From positions 1 through 26,586 of IMG/VR virus record IMGVR_UViG_3300016476_000344: a DNA stretch of 26,586 nucleotides. One strand, given 5' to 3'. How positions within the stretch are numbered: position 1 is the first letter of the stretch; each line of letters starts with the position of its first letter. Below are positions 1-9,537 of this stretch, in pieces. The stretch is from a virus. Taxonomy: Duplodnaviria; Caudoviricetes. Position numbers and translations under genes: made by a program. Under the pieces are notes generated by a model that was not told the DNA's origin, did no database searches, and saw only the letters and a program-made list of their open reading frames with translations.

Positions 1-165
1 TTCAAGGACTGCGGCAAGTCGGCTGTGTATGCGCTGCCGTACAAGGACAACGACGAGGCCTTGCGCTTCATCCCGAGGATGGGGTTCAAGGAAATCGCGC
101 AGACAGTGGACTGCGTGATGTTTGAGATGAAGGCAGAGGACTGCCGCTGGATTAAGGAGCACTGA
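1..165 (+). CDS. 3' end of GNAT-fold virion/assembly protein (partial, starts before window)
   Basis: Frame 1 is open from base 1 to TGA 163-165: FKDCGKSAVYALPYKDNDEALRFIPRMGFKEIAQ...FEMKAEDCRWIKEH. The N..A.RF...MGF and terminal CRW pattern resemble GNAT-like proteins found before podovirus ejection genes. Confidence 0.6.
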   Translation, partial: FKDCGKSAVYALPYKDNDEALRFIPRMGFKEIAQTVDCVMFEMKAEDCRWIKEH

Positions 166-166
166 C

Positions 167-1969
167 ATGGGTGGAAAAGGAAGCGCACCGGCCGCGCCCG
201 ACTATCTGGGCGCAGCACGCGAGCAGGCTGCTGCATCGGCCGAACTGACCAACATGCAGAACTACGCGAACCGCCCGACGATCAACACGCCGTTCGGTTC
301 CCAGTCTTGGCAAACCAACGCGTCTATCGACCCAGCAACAGGCCAACGTGTCACGTCTTGGACGCAGAGCAACACGCTCGCGCCAGGACTGCAGCAGGCC
401 CTCAACGACCAGATAAACATCCAGTCTGGCCGAAGCAACCTGGCCGGCTCGTTCATGGACCGGGTGGCAAGCGAGTATTCGCAGCCGTTCGATACGGCAA
501 GCCTGCCCCAGCGCACCGCGGCCAATGCGCCTGGCACGCTCAACGCTGGCGTGACTGACTACACACCTGGGCTGATCACCGATGTGAACTCGCGGGCCAA
601 TCAAGTTGTCGGTGGGTTCAATTTCTCCGGCCCTCAGATGGCAATGTCTCCAATGACATCGAGCCTGGCCACCGGCGTTCAGTCTCCCAGCTTGAACACC
701 GGGTTCAACGCCATGACCGGCGATCTCAGCCGACGTGTTGGCACTGAGGCTGTGCAGCGCGGTTTAAATGTCGGCGACAACCCGGCCCTTCCGCAGTTCG
801 ACAGCAGCTACCGGGACACCGTTGCCAACACGCTGATGCAGCGCATGCAGCCTGTCCACGACTACCAGCAGCGCCAGCTGGAAACTCGCTTGGCGAACCA
901 AGGTTTCACGACTGGCAGCGAGGGCTACAAGCGTGCGCTTGATGAACTCGGCCAGCGCCAGGCCAGCGAACGGTTCAATGCCCTGGACACGGCTGGAAAC
1001 GAGGCCCAGCGCCTGTACGGCATGCAGATGGGCTCTCGCCAGCAGGCGTTCAACGAAGATGTGACTGGCGGCCAGTTCTCCAATCAGGCCGCCAATCAGG
1101 CGTTCGGTCAGAACCTACAGGCCGCACAGTTTGGCAATCAGGCCACCAACCAGGCGTACAACCAGGCGATGGGCGCAACGCAGGCCGCCAACGCCGCGCT
1201 AGGTCAGCAGTTTGGTCAAAACCTGCAAGCCGGCCAGTTCCAAAATCAGGCCGCGAACCAGGCGTTCAACCAGACCCTGGGTGCTTTCAACTTTGGCAAT
1301 CAGGCCCAGCAGCAGGCATACAACCAGATGATGGGCCAGGCCAACCTTGCAAACCAGGCCGCAGGTCAGCAGTTCAATCAGGATCTGCAGGCGCGCCAGT
1401 TCAGCAACCAGGCGCTGGGCCAAGCCTCCGCGCTCGATCTGGCCGGCATGCAAGCACAGAACCAGGCCATCGCGCAGCAGTACGGTCTCAACCAGCAGTT
1501 CGCCGACGCGCAGAACCGTCTGCGACAGCAGGCGATTGCGGAGGAGATGCAGCGCCGCGGCATGTCGCTCAACGAGATGAACGCGCTGCTGTCTGGTCAG
1601 CAGGTCAGCATGCCGCAGATGCCGTCGTTCCAGGCCGCTGGCCGTGCCGAGACGCCTAACATCTTGGGCGCCACGCAGATGGGCTACGACGCCGCTCTGG
1701 GCGCCTACAACGCACAGCAGGCCGGCATGAACAGCCTGCTTGGGGCTGGCGCTCAACTGGGCTCGGCCGCGTTCATGTTCTCTGATCGCCGCCTGAAGTC
1801 CAACATCAAGCGGGTGGGCACGCACGCGATTGGCGTGGGCATTTACGAGTACACAATGATGGGAATGCCGCAACGCGGTGTGATTGCGCAAGAGGTGCAG
1901 GCAGTGCGTCCTGATCTGGTCAAGCGCCACGCAAACGGCTTCCTGATGGTCAATTACGGGGGTCTGTGA
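167..1969 (+). CDS. DNA ejection/pilot protein with Q/N-rich 18-aa repeats and C-terminal peptidase S74-like chaperone domain
   Basis: RBS AAGGAG; MGGKGSAPAAPDY N-terminus typical of podoviral ejection proteins; C-terminal SDRRLK...GVIAQEV...P...VNY motif from 1781. Confidence 0.75.
   Translation: MGGKGSAPAAPDYLGAAREQAAASAELTNMQNYANRPTINTPFGSQSWQTNASIDPATGQRVTSWTQSNTLAPGLQQALNDQINIQSGRSNLAGSFMDRVASEYSQPFDTASLPQRTAANAPGTLNAGVTDYTPGLITDVNSRANQVVGGFNFSGPQMAMSPMTSSLATGVQSPSLNTGFNAMTGDLSRRVGTEAVQRGLNVGDNPALPQFDSSYRDTVANTLMQRMQPVHDYQQRQLETRLANQGFTTGSEGYKRALDELGQRQASERFNALDTAGNEAQRLYGMQMGSRQQAFNEDVTGGQFSNQAANQAFGQNLQAAQFGNQATNQAYNQAMGATQAANAALGQQFGQNLQAGQFQNQAANQAFNQTLGAFNFGNQAQQQAYNQMMGQANLANQAAGQQFNQDLQARQFSNQALGQASALDLAGMQAQNQAIAQQYGLNQQFADAQNRLRQQAIAEEMQRRGMSLNEMNALLSGQQVSMPQMPSFQAAGRAETPNILGATQMGYDAALGAYNAQQAGMNSLLGAGAQLGSAAFMFSDRRLKSNIKRVGTHAIGVGIYEYTMMGMPQRGVIAQEVQAVRPDLVKRHANGFLMVNYGGL
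1070..1501 (+). repeat. About 8 tandem degenerate 18-aa (54-bp) repeats in the ejection protein
   Basis: GQFSNQAANQAFGQNLQA / AQFGNQATNQAYNQAMGA / TQAANAALGQQFGQNLQA / GQFQNQAANQAFNQTLGA / FNFGNQAQQQAYNQMMGQ / ANLANQAAGQQFNQDLQA ... Confidence 0.85.
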
Positions 1970-2328
1970 TGAACGACGATCTGATGTTTGATTACCTGCT
2001 GCAGATGGGCGCTATGCGCCCAGAGCAGGAGGAACTGCGCAAGCGCCAGGCCATGATTGATGCCCTGCGCGGCAACGCCATGAAGCCCATGCAGGGCGAG
2101 ATGGTTGGCAAGCACTACGTGGGCCCAGGCCTGGCGGGCGCAATTAGTCAGCTGGGCCAGGCCTACATGGCAAATCAAGGTCAGCAGGGCGTGGACGCAA
2201 AAATGGCTGAGTTCAACCAGCGTCAAGCTTTTGAACTGAACAAGATGCGCAACGAGCGCAAACGTCGCCAAGGGTACGGTGGCGGCCTTGATCAATGGAT
2301 GTACGGTTCCGGCACTGGTGGCGATTGA
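1966..2328 (+). CDS. Small putative ejection/internal virion protein
   Basis: Overlaps the upstream stop (GTGATG); helical, Q/M/G-rich; lies within the ejection gene cluster. Start could be 1969. Confidence 0.6.
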   Translation: MMNDDLMFDYLLQMGAMRPEQEELRKRQAMIDALRGNAMKPMQGEMVGKHYVGPGLAGAISQLGQAYMANQGQQGVDAKMAEFNQRQAFELNKMRNERKRRQGYGGGLDQWMYGSGTGGD

Positions 2329-2337
2329 GGTGTTGTC

Positions 2338-3480
2338 ATGATTGATTACGGCATCTTCACCAACGAGGAGGAGATTCCTGGCGAAGGAATCGTTCTCAAG
2401 CGCGCTCGCGCCAAGGTGCAGTCGCCTGGTGGCGTGCTGTCCAACACCGTCAAGTCCGAGGGCGGCACGATGCTGCCCAATGCGCTGCGTTCGCGTGCGC
2501 TGTCGTTGCGCGACAAGGTGTCTGAACTGGAGGGCCAAGAGCCTGACATCAGCGGCGCGATCAACTACGCCAAGCAGCAAGGCGAGCAGGGCAACATGGC
2601 GATGATGAACGCTCTGGCGGCCCAGTACGCCGGCGAAGGCTTTGCGCCTCTGCAGCAGGCCTTCAACAAGCGCGCCGAGGCCTCGCGCTCGCCGCTCAAG
2701 TTCGGCAGCGTGATGGTCACGCCCGATGGCGAGGTCATCCGTGACACGTTCGCGGATCGTGATCGCCGCATCGCCTCGCTCGAGCGCCAGGCCGATGCTG
2801 CCGAGCGCCTGGCTGCCACCACCGACGAGGCGCAGGCCCGACGCCTTGAAACCGAGCGCCGCAACCGCGAGCAGGAGCGCATGGCCCAAGAAGGCTTGGA
2901 GATCCGTCGTTCGCTAGCTGAAAACGTGCGCGCCAACCGTGCGAACGCCGAGGACGGCAAGAACTTTACCCGCGCCACGACGCTGCGCAACGAGTACGGC
3001 AAGAAGGCCGACAAGATCAGCGAGGGCACGCGCCACGCCGAGACGGTGATGACGCTGCTGACCGATCCCACCATTGCGCAAGACCCGACCAAGCAGGTGT
3101 CGCTGGTGTTTGCGTTCGGCAAGATGCTTGACCCTGAGTCGGTGGTTCGAGAGTCTGAATACGCCCTGATCGCCAACGCCCGCGGCATGTTTGAGGGCCT
3201 GCTGCAAAAGCCCGACCAGATTATGACCGGCGCCAGGCTGACGCCGCAGCAGCTGCAAAGCATGCAGCAGATCGCGCGGCAGCTGTATTCCGGGTCTACT
3301 CAGCGCCGGCAAGATTTGGCGAACTACTACCAGGACATCGCCAAGCGCAACAGGTTGAATGTTGAAGACGTGCTCCCGCCTGGTACCACAGGACAACCAC
3401 AGGGTGGATCGTTCGCGGACCCTGAGAAGGAGCGCCGGTATCAGGAGTGGAAACGCCAGCAGTCTGGGGGCAAGCCATGA
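2338..3480 (+). CDS. Putative DNA ejection/internal virion protein
   Basis: 380-aa ORF with GAGGT RBS; coiled-coil middle; KMLDPESVVRESEY motif recalled from phage ejection proteins; syntenic position. Confidence 0.65.
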   Translation: MIDYGIFTNEEEIPGEGIVLKRARAKVQSPGGVLSNTVKSEGGTMLPNALRSRALSLRDKVSELEGQEPDISGAINYAKQQGEQGNMAMMNALAAQYAGEGFAPLQQAFNKRAEASRSPLKFGSVMVTPDGEVIRDTFADRDRRIASLERQADAAERLAATTDEAQARRLETERRNREQERMAQEGLEIRRSLAENVRANRANAEDGKNFTRATTLRNEYGKKADKISEGTRHAETVMTLLTDPTIAQDPTKQVSLVFAFGKMLDPESVVRESEYALIANARGMFEGLLQKPDQIMTGARLTPQQLQSMQQIARQLYSGSTQRRQDLANYYQDIAKRNRLNVEDVLPPGTTGQPQGGSFADPEKERRYQEWKRQQSGGKP

Positions 3481-5363
3481 CCGAGCAGGAAGAATTCGAG
3501 TTCAGGCTGCGCCTTGAGCAGGAGCAGCGCGCTCGGACGCCGCAGGAGCCGGACCTAAGCGCCTCCCGCGCCGCGGCCGCTGGTGCGTCCATGCGCAACG
3601 GCAAGATCAACTGGGGTGTGGAACTTGAAAAGCAAGCCAACCGCGAGATGGGCATGGGCGAGCGCGTGTTCAAGAGCCTGGGCGCTGGTTTTGCCGACAT
3701 TCCGCTGGCGGTGCGCCAGATCTTCAACCGTGACCCTGAGCGCGCCAAGCAGCTGCAGCGCGAGGCCGGCGAAAAGCGCGAGATCGACCGCGACCTGGCC
3801 CGAAGCACCGACCTCGGCATCCTGCCGGACAAGGTGCTTGGCGTTTCGACACCAACCCTAGGTGATGTCGCGCAGTTCAAGGGCAAGGTGGCTCCCACCC
3901 TGCTGGTGCCTGCCGCTCCCCTGGGTGGCTTGGGCATGGTGGGCAACTCCATGCTGGTTGGCGGCGGCCTGGCCGCGCTGGAGCCCACAGCAGAGGGCGA
4001 GAGCCGCGCCAAGAACATGATGGTGGGTGCTGCTACCAGCGGCGTCCTTCCGCTTGCCACAGCGGCCGTCAGGCCCGTCTACAACGCCGTGACGCGCTCG
4101 GGTGGACGTAAGGCCGCGGCCGGTGAGGTGGCCGAGGCCCTGACGCCCGATGGCACCGACCAGGCTGCCGTGCTGCGCCAGACCATTGACCGCCTGCGCC
4201 AGGCCCAGCAGCCGCGGCCTGGCGGCACGAACATTCCGCTGTCCACCGCCGCCCAGCTGCGCGACGCCGAACTGGCGCGCCTGGAGGCCGGCAGCCGCAC
4301 GCGCAGCGGTGCGAACTGGTACGACTTTGACCAGAACCAAGCCCGCGCCGTGTCGGACGCTGTGCGCCAGGCTACTGCGCAAGCTGATGACGTGGGCGCC
4401 CGCCGTGCTTTGCGTAGTTCCAACCGCGCTGCCAACGTCAATCAAGCCATGTCGTCGATCAACGAGCAGGCCTTCCTGCGCGACGTGCAAGGCTTCCGCA
4501 ACAACCTCGAGGTGGCCATGCGCACGCCCGAGGCGTCTGACCCGGCGGTGCGTTCGATGCTGGAGACGCTGCGCGGTGAGATGGACCGGCTTGGGCCTGA
4601 CTTTGGCCCTGAGCACCTGGCGACCATCCGCGCCAATCTGGCGTCCAAGGCACCACTGGTGCCGCAAAACGCCTACCAAGCCGCGCCGCGCAGTTCTCCG
4701 GCGACCATGAGCGTGCTGCGCGAGGTGGACAACATCCTGAACAACGCCACGAACAACCGCTGGCAGAAGGTTGTCGGCGACTACGCCCGCGACAGCGATG
4801 TCGTGCGCGCAGGGCAGGCGGCTGGCAAGGTGCGCGAGGCGTTCTGGGACAGCACCGGCCAGGTCAGGAAAAAGTCCGCAGACGCGGCCGGCGAGGTGCC
4901 GATCATCACTGAGTTTGGGCTGCGCTCGGCCATCAACTCAACCGCCGGGCCGCAGAAAAACATCCTGCTGTCCAACGAGGCCAACCAGCGCCTGAACGCC
5001 ATCGTGGACGCGCTGCGGGCCCAAGGCATTGTGCAGGGCGTCAAACGCTCTGCCACGGCGGGCGGTGGCAGCAACACGGCCAGCGACATCATGGCCGCCA
5101 GAACGGCCGGCGCGGTGGCCGACGCTGCCGCCAATGTGGTGGGCGGCCCGGCCGCGTCGGTAAGCAAGGGCGCGCTCGATTCCCTGCGCGCTTACGCCAC
5201 CGCCAACAAGGACCGCGCACTGGCCGAAGCGCTGCAGAACCCGCAGCAGATGATCAGCCTGCTTGAAGCAAAATTGAGGGCGGGAGCGCCGATGACCGCG
5301 CAAGAGCAATACCTGCTGTCCATGCTCAGGGCAGCCCCGGCGGCTGTAGCGACAGCAAACTGA
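3477..5363 (+). CDS. Large putative DNA ejection/internal virion protein
   Basis: Start re-placed at ATG 3477 (ATGA overlap, MTEQEEFEFRLRLEQE); Ala-rich helical protein with hydrophobic GxxxG segments; last gene before the tail fibre. Confidence 0.65.
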   Translation: MTEQEEFEFRLRLEQEQRARTPQEPDLSASRAAAAGASMRNGKINWGVELEKQANREMGMGERVFKSLGAGFADIPLAVRQIFNRDPERAKQLQREAGEKREIDRDLARSTDLGILPDKVLGVSTPTLGDVAQFKGKVAPTLLVPAAPLGGLGMVGNSMLVGGGLAALEPTAEGESRAKNMMVGAATSGVLPLATAAVRPVYNAVTRSGGRKAAAGEVAEALTPDGTDQAAVLRQTIDRLRQAQQPRPGGTNIPLSTAAQLRDAELARLEAGSRTRSGANWYDFDQNQARAVSDAVRQATAQADDVGARRALRSSNRAANVNQAMSSINEQAFLRDVQGFRNNLEVAMRTPEASDPAVRSMLETLRGEMDRLGPDFGPEHLATIRANLASKAPLVPQNAYQAAPRSSPATMSVLREVDNILNNATNNRWQKVVGDYARDSDVVRAGQAAGKVREAFWDSTGQVRKKSADAAGEVPIITEFGLRSAINSTAGPQKNILLSNEANQRLNAIVDALRAQGIVQGVKRSATAGGGSNTASDIMAARTAGAVADAAANVVGGPAASVSKGALDSLRAYATANKDRALAEALQNPQQMISLLEAKLRAGAPMTAQEQYLLSMLRAAPAAVATAN

Positions 5364-5376
5364 AGGAGAGAGAAAC

Positions 5377-8300
5377 ATGCCACGCAACGGATCAGGCGTT
5401 TACACGCTGCCAGCAGGTAACCCGGTTGTGCCGGGTACCACCATTGATGCCGCCTGGGCCAACAGCACGCTGGAGGACATGGCCAACGAGATCACGAACT
5501 CGCTCTCGCGCACCGGTGCGGGCGGCATGATCGCGCCGTTCCGCATCGCGGACGGCAACATCACGGCACCTGGTCTGGCGTTCCTGAATGAGACGGGCAG
5601 CGGCCTGTATCGCAGCGGCACGGCCTCTGTCTGGATGGCAATCCAGGGCGTCAACACGGCGCAGTTCACGACCACTGGCGTCAACATCCCGGTGGGGAAA
5701 TCGCTGGGTGTTGCTGGAAGCCTATCAATCACCGGCAGCATGACGGCTACCGGCTCGGTGACGACCTCGGATCTGAACACGGACCATGTGGACTTCAACA
5801 CGGCAGGCGGCACTGATGCTGTCGCTCGCCTGATTTGGAACGACACCGACGGCACGCTCAACCTTGGCCTCAAGGGTGGCAACGTCGTGCTGCAGGTTGG
5901 GCAGGAAGAAGTGCTGCGCGCGCTGAATGCGACCGGCTCAACAATGACCAGCGGGCAAGTTGTTTACATCACCGGCGCATCTGGCCAGCGCCCGACCGTC
6001 GCGCTGGCTCAAGGCAACGCCGAGGCCACATCGACCAAAGTCATCGGCATCGTCACAGAGACAATTGCAAACAACGCACAGGGCTTTGTGACCACGGCCG
6101 GTCTGGTGCGCGGCGTCAACACGTCGGCTTTTGCTGAAGGCGCGGTTTTGTGGCTGTCTGCCAGCACCCCCGGCGCGATTACCTCGACGCGCCCGACGGC
6201 ACCAAACCACGCCGTGCTGGTTGGCTACTGCGTTCGCTCGCACGCCACGGACGGCATCATCTACGTGATGGTGCAGAACGGCTACGAGTTGGATGAGTTG
6301 CACGACGTGCTGATCACCAACGTGGCCAACAACAACATGCTGCGCTACAACTCCGCGGCCAGCGTGTGGGAAAACATCGCCGGCCCTGCTGGCGCTGTCG
6401 TTGGAACCACCGACTCGCAGACGCTGACCAACAAGACAATCAGCGGATCTGCCAACACCCTGAGCAACATCGGCAACGCGTCGCTGGTCAATTCTTCGCT
6501 GACGATTGGCTCGACATCCATCAGCCTGGGCGCGACAGCCACCACGCTTGCCGGGCTGACCAGCGTGACCGCGACGACGTTCAACGGCGCCCTGAATGGG
6601 AACGCCACAAACGTCACTGGCACGGTGGCCATCGCCAACGGCGGCACCGGCGCGACCACCGCCTCAAGCGCTCGCACGAACCTTGGCTTGGCGATTGGCA
6701 CCGACGTGCCATCCCCGACTGGCACTGGCGCGTCGGGCACTTGGGGCATCAGCATCACCGGCAACGCGGCCACGGTGACCAATGGCGTGGTGACCACAGG
6801 CAGCTACTCTGACCCGTCCTGGATCACGGCACTGGCCGGCAGCAAGATCACCGGCAACATCAGCGGCAACGCTGCAAACGTGACCGGCACTGTGGCTGTG
6901 GCCAACGGCGGTACTGGTGCCACGTCGGCTTCCGGCGCTCGAGTCAACCTGCTGCCCAGCTACACCAGCAACGAACTCAAAGCCCTGCGCGTCAATGCCG
7001 CAGGCACCGATGTGGAATGGTTCACGGTGTCGGCTGGTGGTGACGTGGCTGGCCCTGCGTCAGCAACTGACAACGCCCTGGTGCGGTTCGACGCCACGAC
7101 CGGCAAACTGATTCAAAACTCGGTTGGCATCCTGAGCGACACGGGTGATCTGTCTGGCATTGCTGCACTGTCGATGTCTGGCGCCCTGACCCTCTCCGGC
7201 GGCACAGCCAACGGCGTGGCCTACCTCAACGGCTCCAAAGTCCTGACCACGGGGAGTGCGCTGACGTTTACGGGAACTCGACTTGGTATTAACGATGCAT
7301 CCCCGGTAAGCGCATTGACTGTCAAGTCGGGTAACGGAGATCAAGCCACACTCAACAATGCTGGTGAACGCTTTACTCAATTTACCTTGCAGAACAACGG
7401 AACATCCAAGGGTGCGCTTTGGGTTGATAACACAAACAGTCTTTTGGAGTTGTATGGCTATTCTGGAATGTCGTTGACATTCTCTGCTAACGGCTCCGAA
7501 CAAATGCGCCTGACCTCCACAGGTCTTGGCATTGGGACGAGTTCGCCTTTTGCAAAACTGCAAGTGGTTGCGGCGAGTGCGGACTACTTCAATCCGCAGG
7601 TGATGATTGGAGAAGCGTCTAACTCCACTGGTAAGCAGCTTCATGTCGGTTACAACACAACCGCAAACACTGGGTACATCCAAGCAGTCCATAACGGCAC
7701 AGGCTACAAAGACCTTTTGCTGCAACCCAATGGAGGCAACCTCGGCCTCGGGGTGACGCCGGGGGCATGGACGACCTATCGGGTGATGGACATCGGTGGG
7801 GGTCAGTCTGTTTTTTCGTATCAAGACGCAGCGACCAACACTATTGGTTTTGCAGCCAACGCGCTCTGGAACGGATCGTGGGTGTATCGGCAATCCTCAG
7901 TTGGGGCATCCCGCTATGCATTGGTGAACAACGCACACCAGTGGTACACCGCCCCCTCCGGCACAGCAGGCAACGCCATCAGCTTTACGCAGGCGGCAAC
8001 ACTTACTGCGGCGGGTGATTTTTTGGTTGGCACTACAAGCACAACAAATAATTCCCGTTTTGCTTGCAACAACACAGCGGGAACTCGCAAGTGGGGTTTT
8101 GGAACTCAAGGCAGCAATACTCCGTTTTATGTTGTTGACGATACAACTGGCAGTGGTGTCCAGCTTACTGCTGGTGCTACTGCATGGAGTTCTTTTTCAG
8201 ACGAAAGAAACAAAACACAACTTAAACCTTTTGAAAATGCCATTGAAAAGGTTTGCACACTTAGATCTGGAACTGGTCGATATTTAACTGATAATGAATC

Positions 8301-8481
8301 TGTTAGTCGCTCTTTCTTGATTGCTCAAGATGTTCAAAAAGTTCTGCCAGAAGCTGTAAGTGTAAGCGAAGATGAGCAAGGCACACTCACTTTACGATAC
8401 ACGGATTTAATTCCATTGCTGGCGGCTGCAATTAAAGAACTTAAAGCAGAATTTGACGCATATAAGGCTGCACATCCATGA
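5377..8481 (+). CDS. Tail fibre protein with C-terminal intramolecular chaperone (peptidase S74-like)
   Basis: MPRNGSGVYTLPAGNPV head-binding-type N-terminus; G/T/A/S-rich fibre repeats (ANGGTGAT); SDERNK at 8197 ... IAQDVQKVLPEAV ... YTDLIPLLAAAIKEL. Confidence 0.9.
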   Translation: MPRNGSGVYTLPAGNPVVPGTTIDAAWANSTLEDMANEITNSLSRTGAGGMIAPFRIADGNITAPGLAFLNETGSGLYRSGTASVWMAIQGVNTAQFTTTGVNIPVGKSLGVAGSLSITGSMTATGSVTTSDLNTDHVDFNTAGGTDAVARLIWNDTDGTLNLGLKGGNVVLQVGQEEVLRALNATGSTMTSGQVVYITGASGQRPTVALAQGNAEATSTKVIGIVTETIANNAQGFVTTAGLVRGVNTSAFAEGAVLWLSASTPGAITSTRPTAPNHAVLVGYCVRSHATDGIIYVMVQNGYELDELHDVLITNVANNNMLRYNSAASVWENIAGPAGAVVGTTDSQTLTNKTISGSANTLSNIGNASLVNSSLTIGSTSISLGATATTLAGLTSVTATTFNGALNGNATNVTGTVAIANGGTGATTASSARTNLGLAIGTDVPSPTGTGASGTWGISITGNAATVTNGVVTTGSYSDPSWITALAGSKITGNISGNAANVTGTVAVANGGTGATSASGARVNLLPSYTSNELKALRVNAAGTDVEWFTVSAGGDVAGPASATDNALVRFDATTGKLIQNSVGILSDTGDLSGIAALSMSGALTLSGGTANGVAYLNGSKVLTTGSALTFTGTRLGINDASPVSALTVKSGNGDQATLNNAGERFTQFTLQNNGTSKGALWVDNTNSLLELYGYSGMSLTFSANGSEQMRLTSTGLGIGTSSPFAKLQVVAASADYFNPQVMIGEASNSTGKQLHVGYNTTANTGYIQAVHNGTGYKDLLLQPNGGNLGLGVTPGAWTTYRVMDIGGGQSVFSYQDAATNTIGFAANALWNGSWVYRQSSVGASRYALVNNAHQWYTAPSGTAGNAISFTQAATLTAAGDFLVGTTSTTNNSRFACNNTAGTRKWGFGTQGSNTPFYVVDDTTGSGVQLTAGATAWSSFSDERNKTQLKPFENAIEKVCTLRSGTGRYLTDNESVSRSFLIAQDVQKVLPEAVSVSEDEQGTLTLRYTDLIPLLAAAIKELKAEFDAYKAAHP
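6601..6942 (+). repeat. Duplicated tail fibre segment
   Basis: NATNVTGTVAIANGGTGATTASSAR (6601-6675) and NAANVTGTVAVANGGTGATSASGAR (6868-6942). Confidence 0.8.
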
Positions 8482-8960
8482 ACCAACAACTCGTAGCCGA
8501 GTGCTTTGAGCATTGTGACGGCAAACTGTACTGGAAGAAGGTCGCACACCCAAACAAGCAATACCTTGTCGGGCAAGAGGCTGGATCAATCCACCAAACA
8601 GGCTACCGTCATGTCACATGGCTTGGCAAAGTCCATAAGGCGCACCGACTGATCTTCATGCTGCATCACGGCTATTTGCCGCCAGAAGTTGACCACATCA
8701 ATGGCGACAGGCAAGACAACCGCATTGAGAATCTGAGGGCTGCGAACCGAAGCGAGAACCAATGCAACCGTCCTGCGCTTGCCAGCAATACATCAGGTTA
8801 CCCCGGTGTGTCGTGGCACAAGAAAAGCAAGGCGTGGTGCGTCCGTGTCATGAAGAATGGCAAAACCGTAGTCCAGCAGTATTTTAAAGACTTGGAACTT
8901 GCTGGTTTGTTCGCTGCTGAAGCGCGATCTCTTTACCACGGCGCTTACGCCAAAAACTGA
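8478..8960 (+). CDS. HNH (HNH_3-type) endonuclease with C-terminal AP2-like DNA-binding domain; putative homing endonuclease
   Basis: AHRLIF...VDHINGDRQDNRIENLR...N..N followed by NTSGYPGVSW.K..KAW. Confidence 0.88.
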   Translation: MNQQLVAECFEHCDGKLYWKKVAHPNKQYLVGQEAGSIHQTGYRHVTWLGKVHKAHRLIFMLHHGYLPPEVDHINGDRQDNRIENLRAANRSENQCNRPALASNTSGYPGVSWHKKSKAWCVRVMKNGKTVVQQYFKDLELAGLFAAEARSLYHGAYAKN

Positions 8961-8971
8961 AAGGAAACATC

Positions 8972-9274
8972 ATGAACATCACCATCAACAATCTTGACCG
9001 CACCAATCCCTCTGGTTTTGTCACAACGGTTCACTGGAGCACCAGCAAGACCTCTGGCGAACACACCGCCAGTCAGTACGGCACTGAGTCTTTTGAGGCC
9101 ACTGAAGGCTCTTTCGTGCCTTTTGATCAACTCACACAAGAGATGGTCACAGGCTGGCTCACAGAGCGCTGGGGCGCTGAAGGCTTGGCCGCCAAAGAGG
9201 CCGCGCTGGACGCACAGCTGGCTGCGCTAGCTAACCCGCCTGTGCTTTCAGGCCTTCCCTGGGCATCGGCATAA
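8972..9274 (+). CDS. Tail-fibre-associated conserved hypothetical protein
   Basis: AAGGA RBS; VTTVHW...FVPFDQLTQEMVTGWL...GLPW pattern often seen after such tail fibres. Confidence 0.65.
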   Translation: MNITINNLDRTNPSGFVTTVHWSTSKTSGEHTASQYGTESFEATEGSFVPFDQLTQEMVTGWLTERWGAEGLAAKEAALDAQLAALANPPVLSGLPWASA

Positions 9275-9305
9275 TTCACACCTGCAGCGGTGAGGAAACA
9301 GCACC
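9247..9305 (+). promoter_or_regulatory. Putative weak promoter and operator upstream of the lysis region
   Basis: TTCAGG(9247-9252)-N17-CATAAT(9270-9275); 17-bp operator-like GGTGAG-GAAAC-AGCACC at 9289-9305. Confidence 0.4.
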
Positions 9306-9343
9306 GCGCAGCGAAACCCACGACAAACCCACCGGAGATCCAC

Positions 9344-9520
9344 ATGGAAATCACTCTCAAACTCGATCTGCAAGAAGTCAACGTCCTGCTCAACGTCATG
9401 GGCCAGTTGCCCACCAGCACAAACATCTGGCCGCTGGCGGCCAAGGTGCGCGCCCAGGCTCAAGAGCAAGCCCCCAAACAAGAAGCAGAGAGCGCAGAGG
9501 GTGCCGGGCTGACTGATTGA
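9344..9520 (+). CDS. Small hypothetical protein (58 aa)
   Basis: GGAG RBS then ATG 9344: MEITLKLDLQEVNVLLNVMGQLP...; resembles small genes commonly found between tail fibre and holin. Confidence 0.7.
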   Translation: MEITLKLDLQEVNVLLNVMGQLPTSTNIWPLAAKVRAQAQEQAPKQEAESAEGAGLTD

Positions 9521-9537
9521 AGCAAGGAAGAAGCAGT

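Noticed and set aside
5377-8481. Diversity-generating retroelement or invertible tail fibre system
   Set aside because: No reverse transcriptase, template/variable repeat pair or invertase seen in this window.
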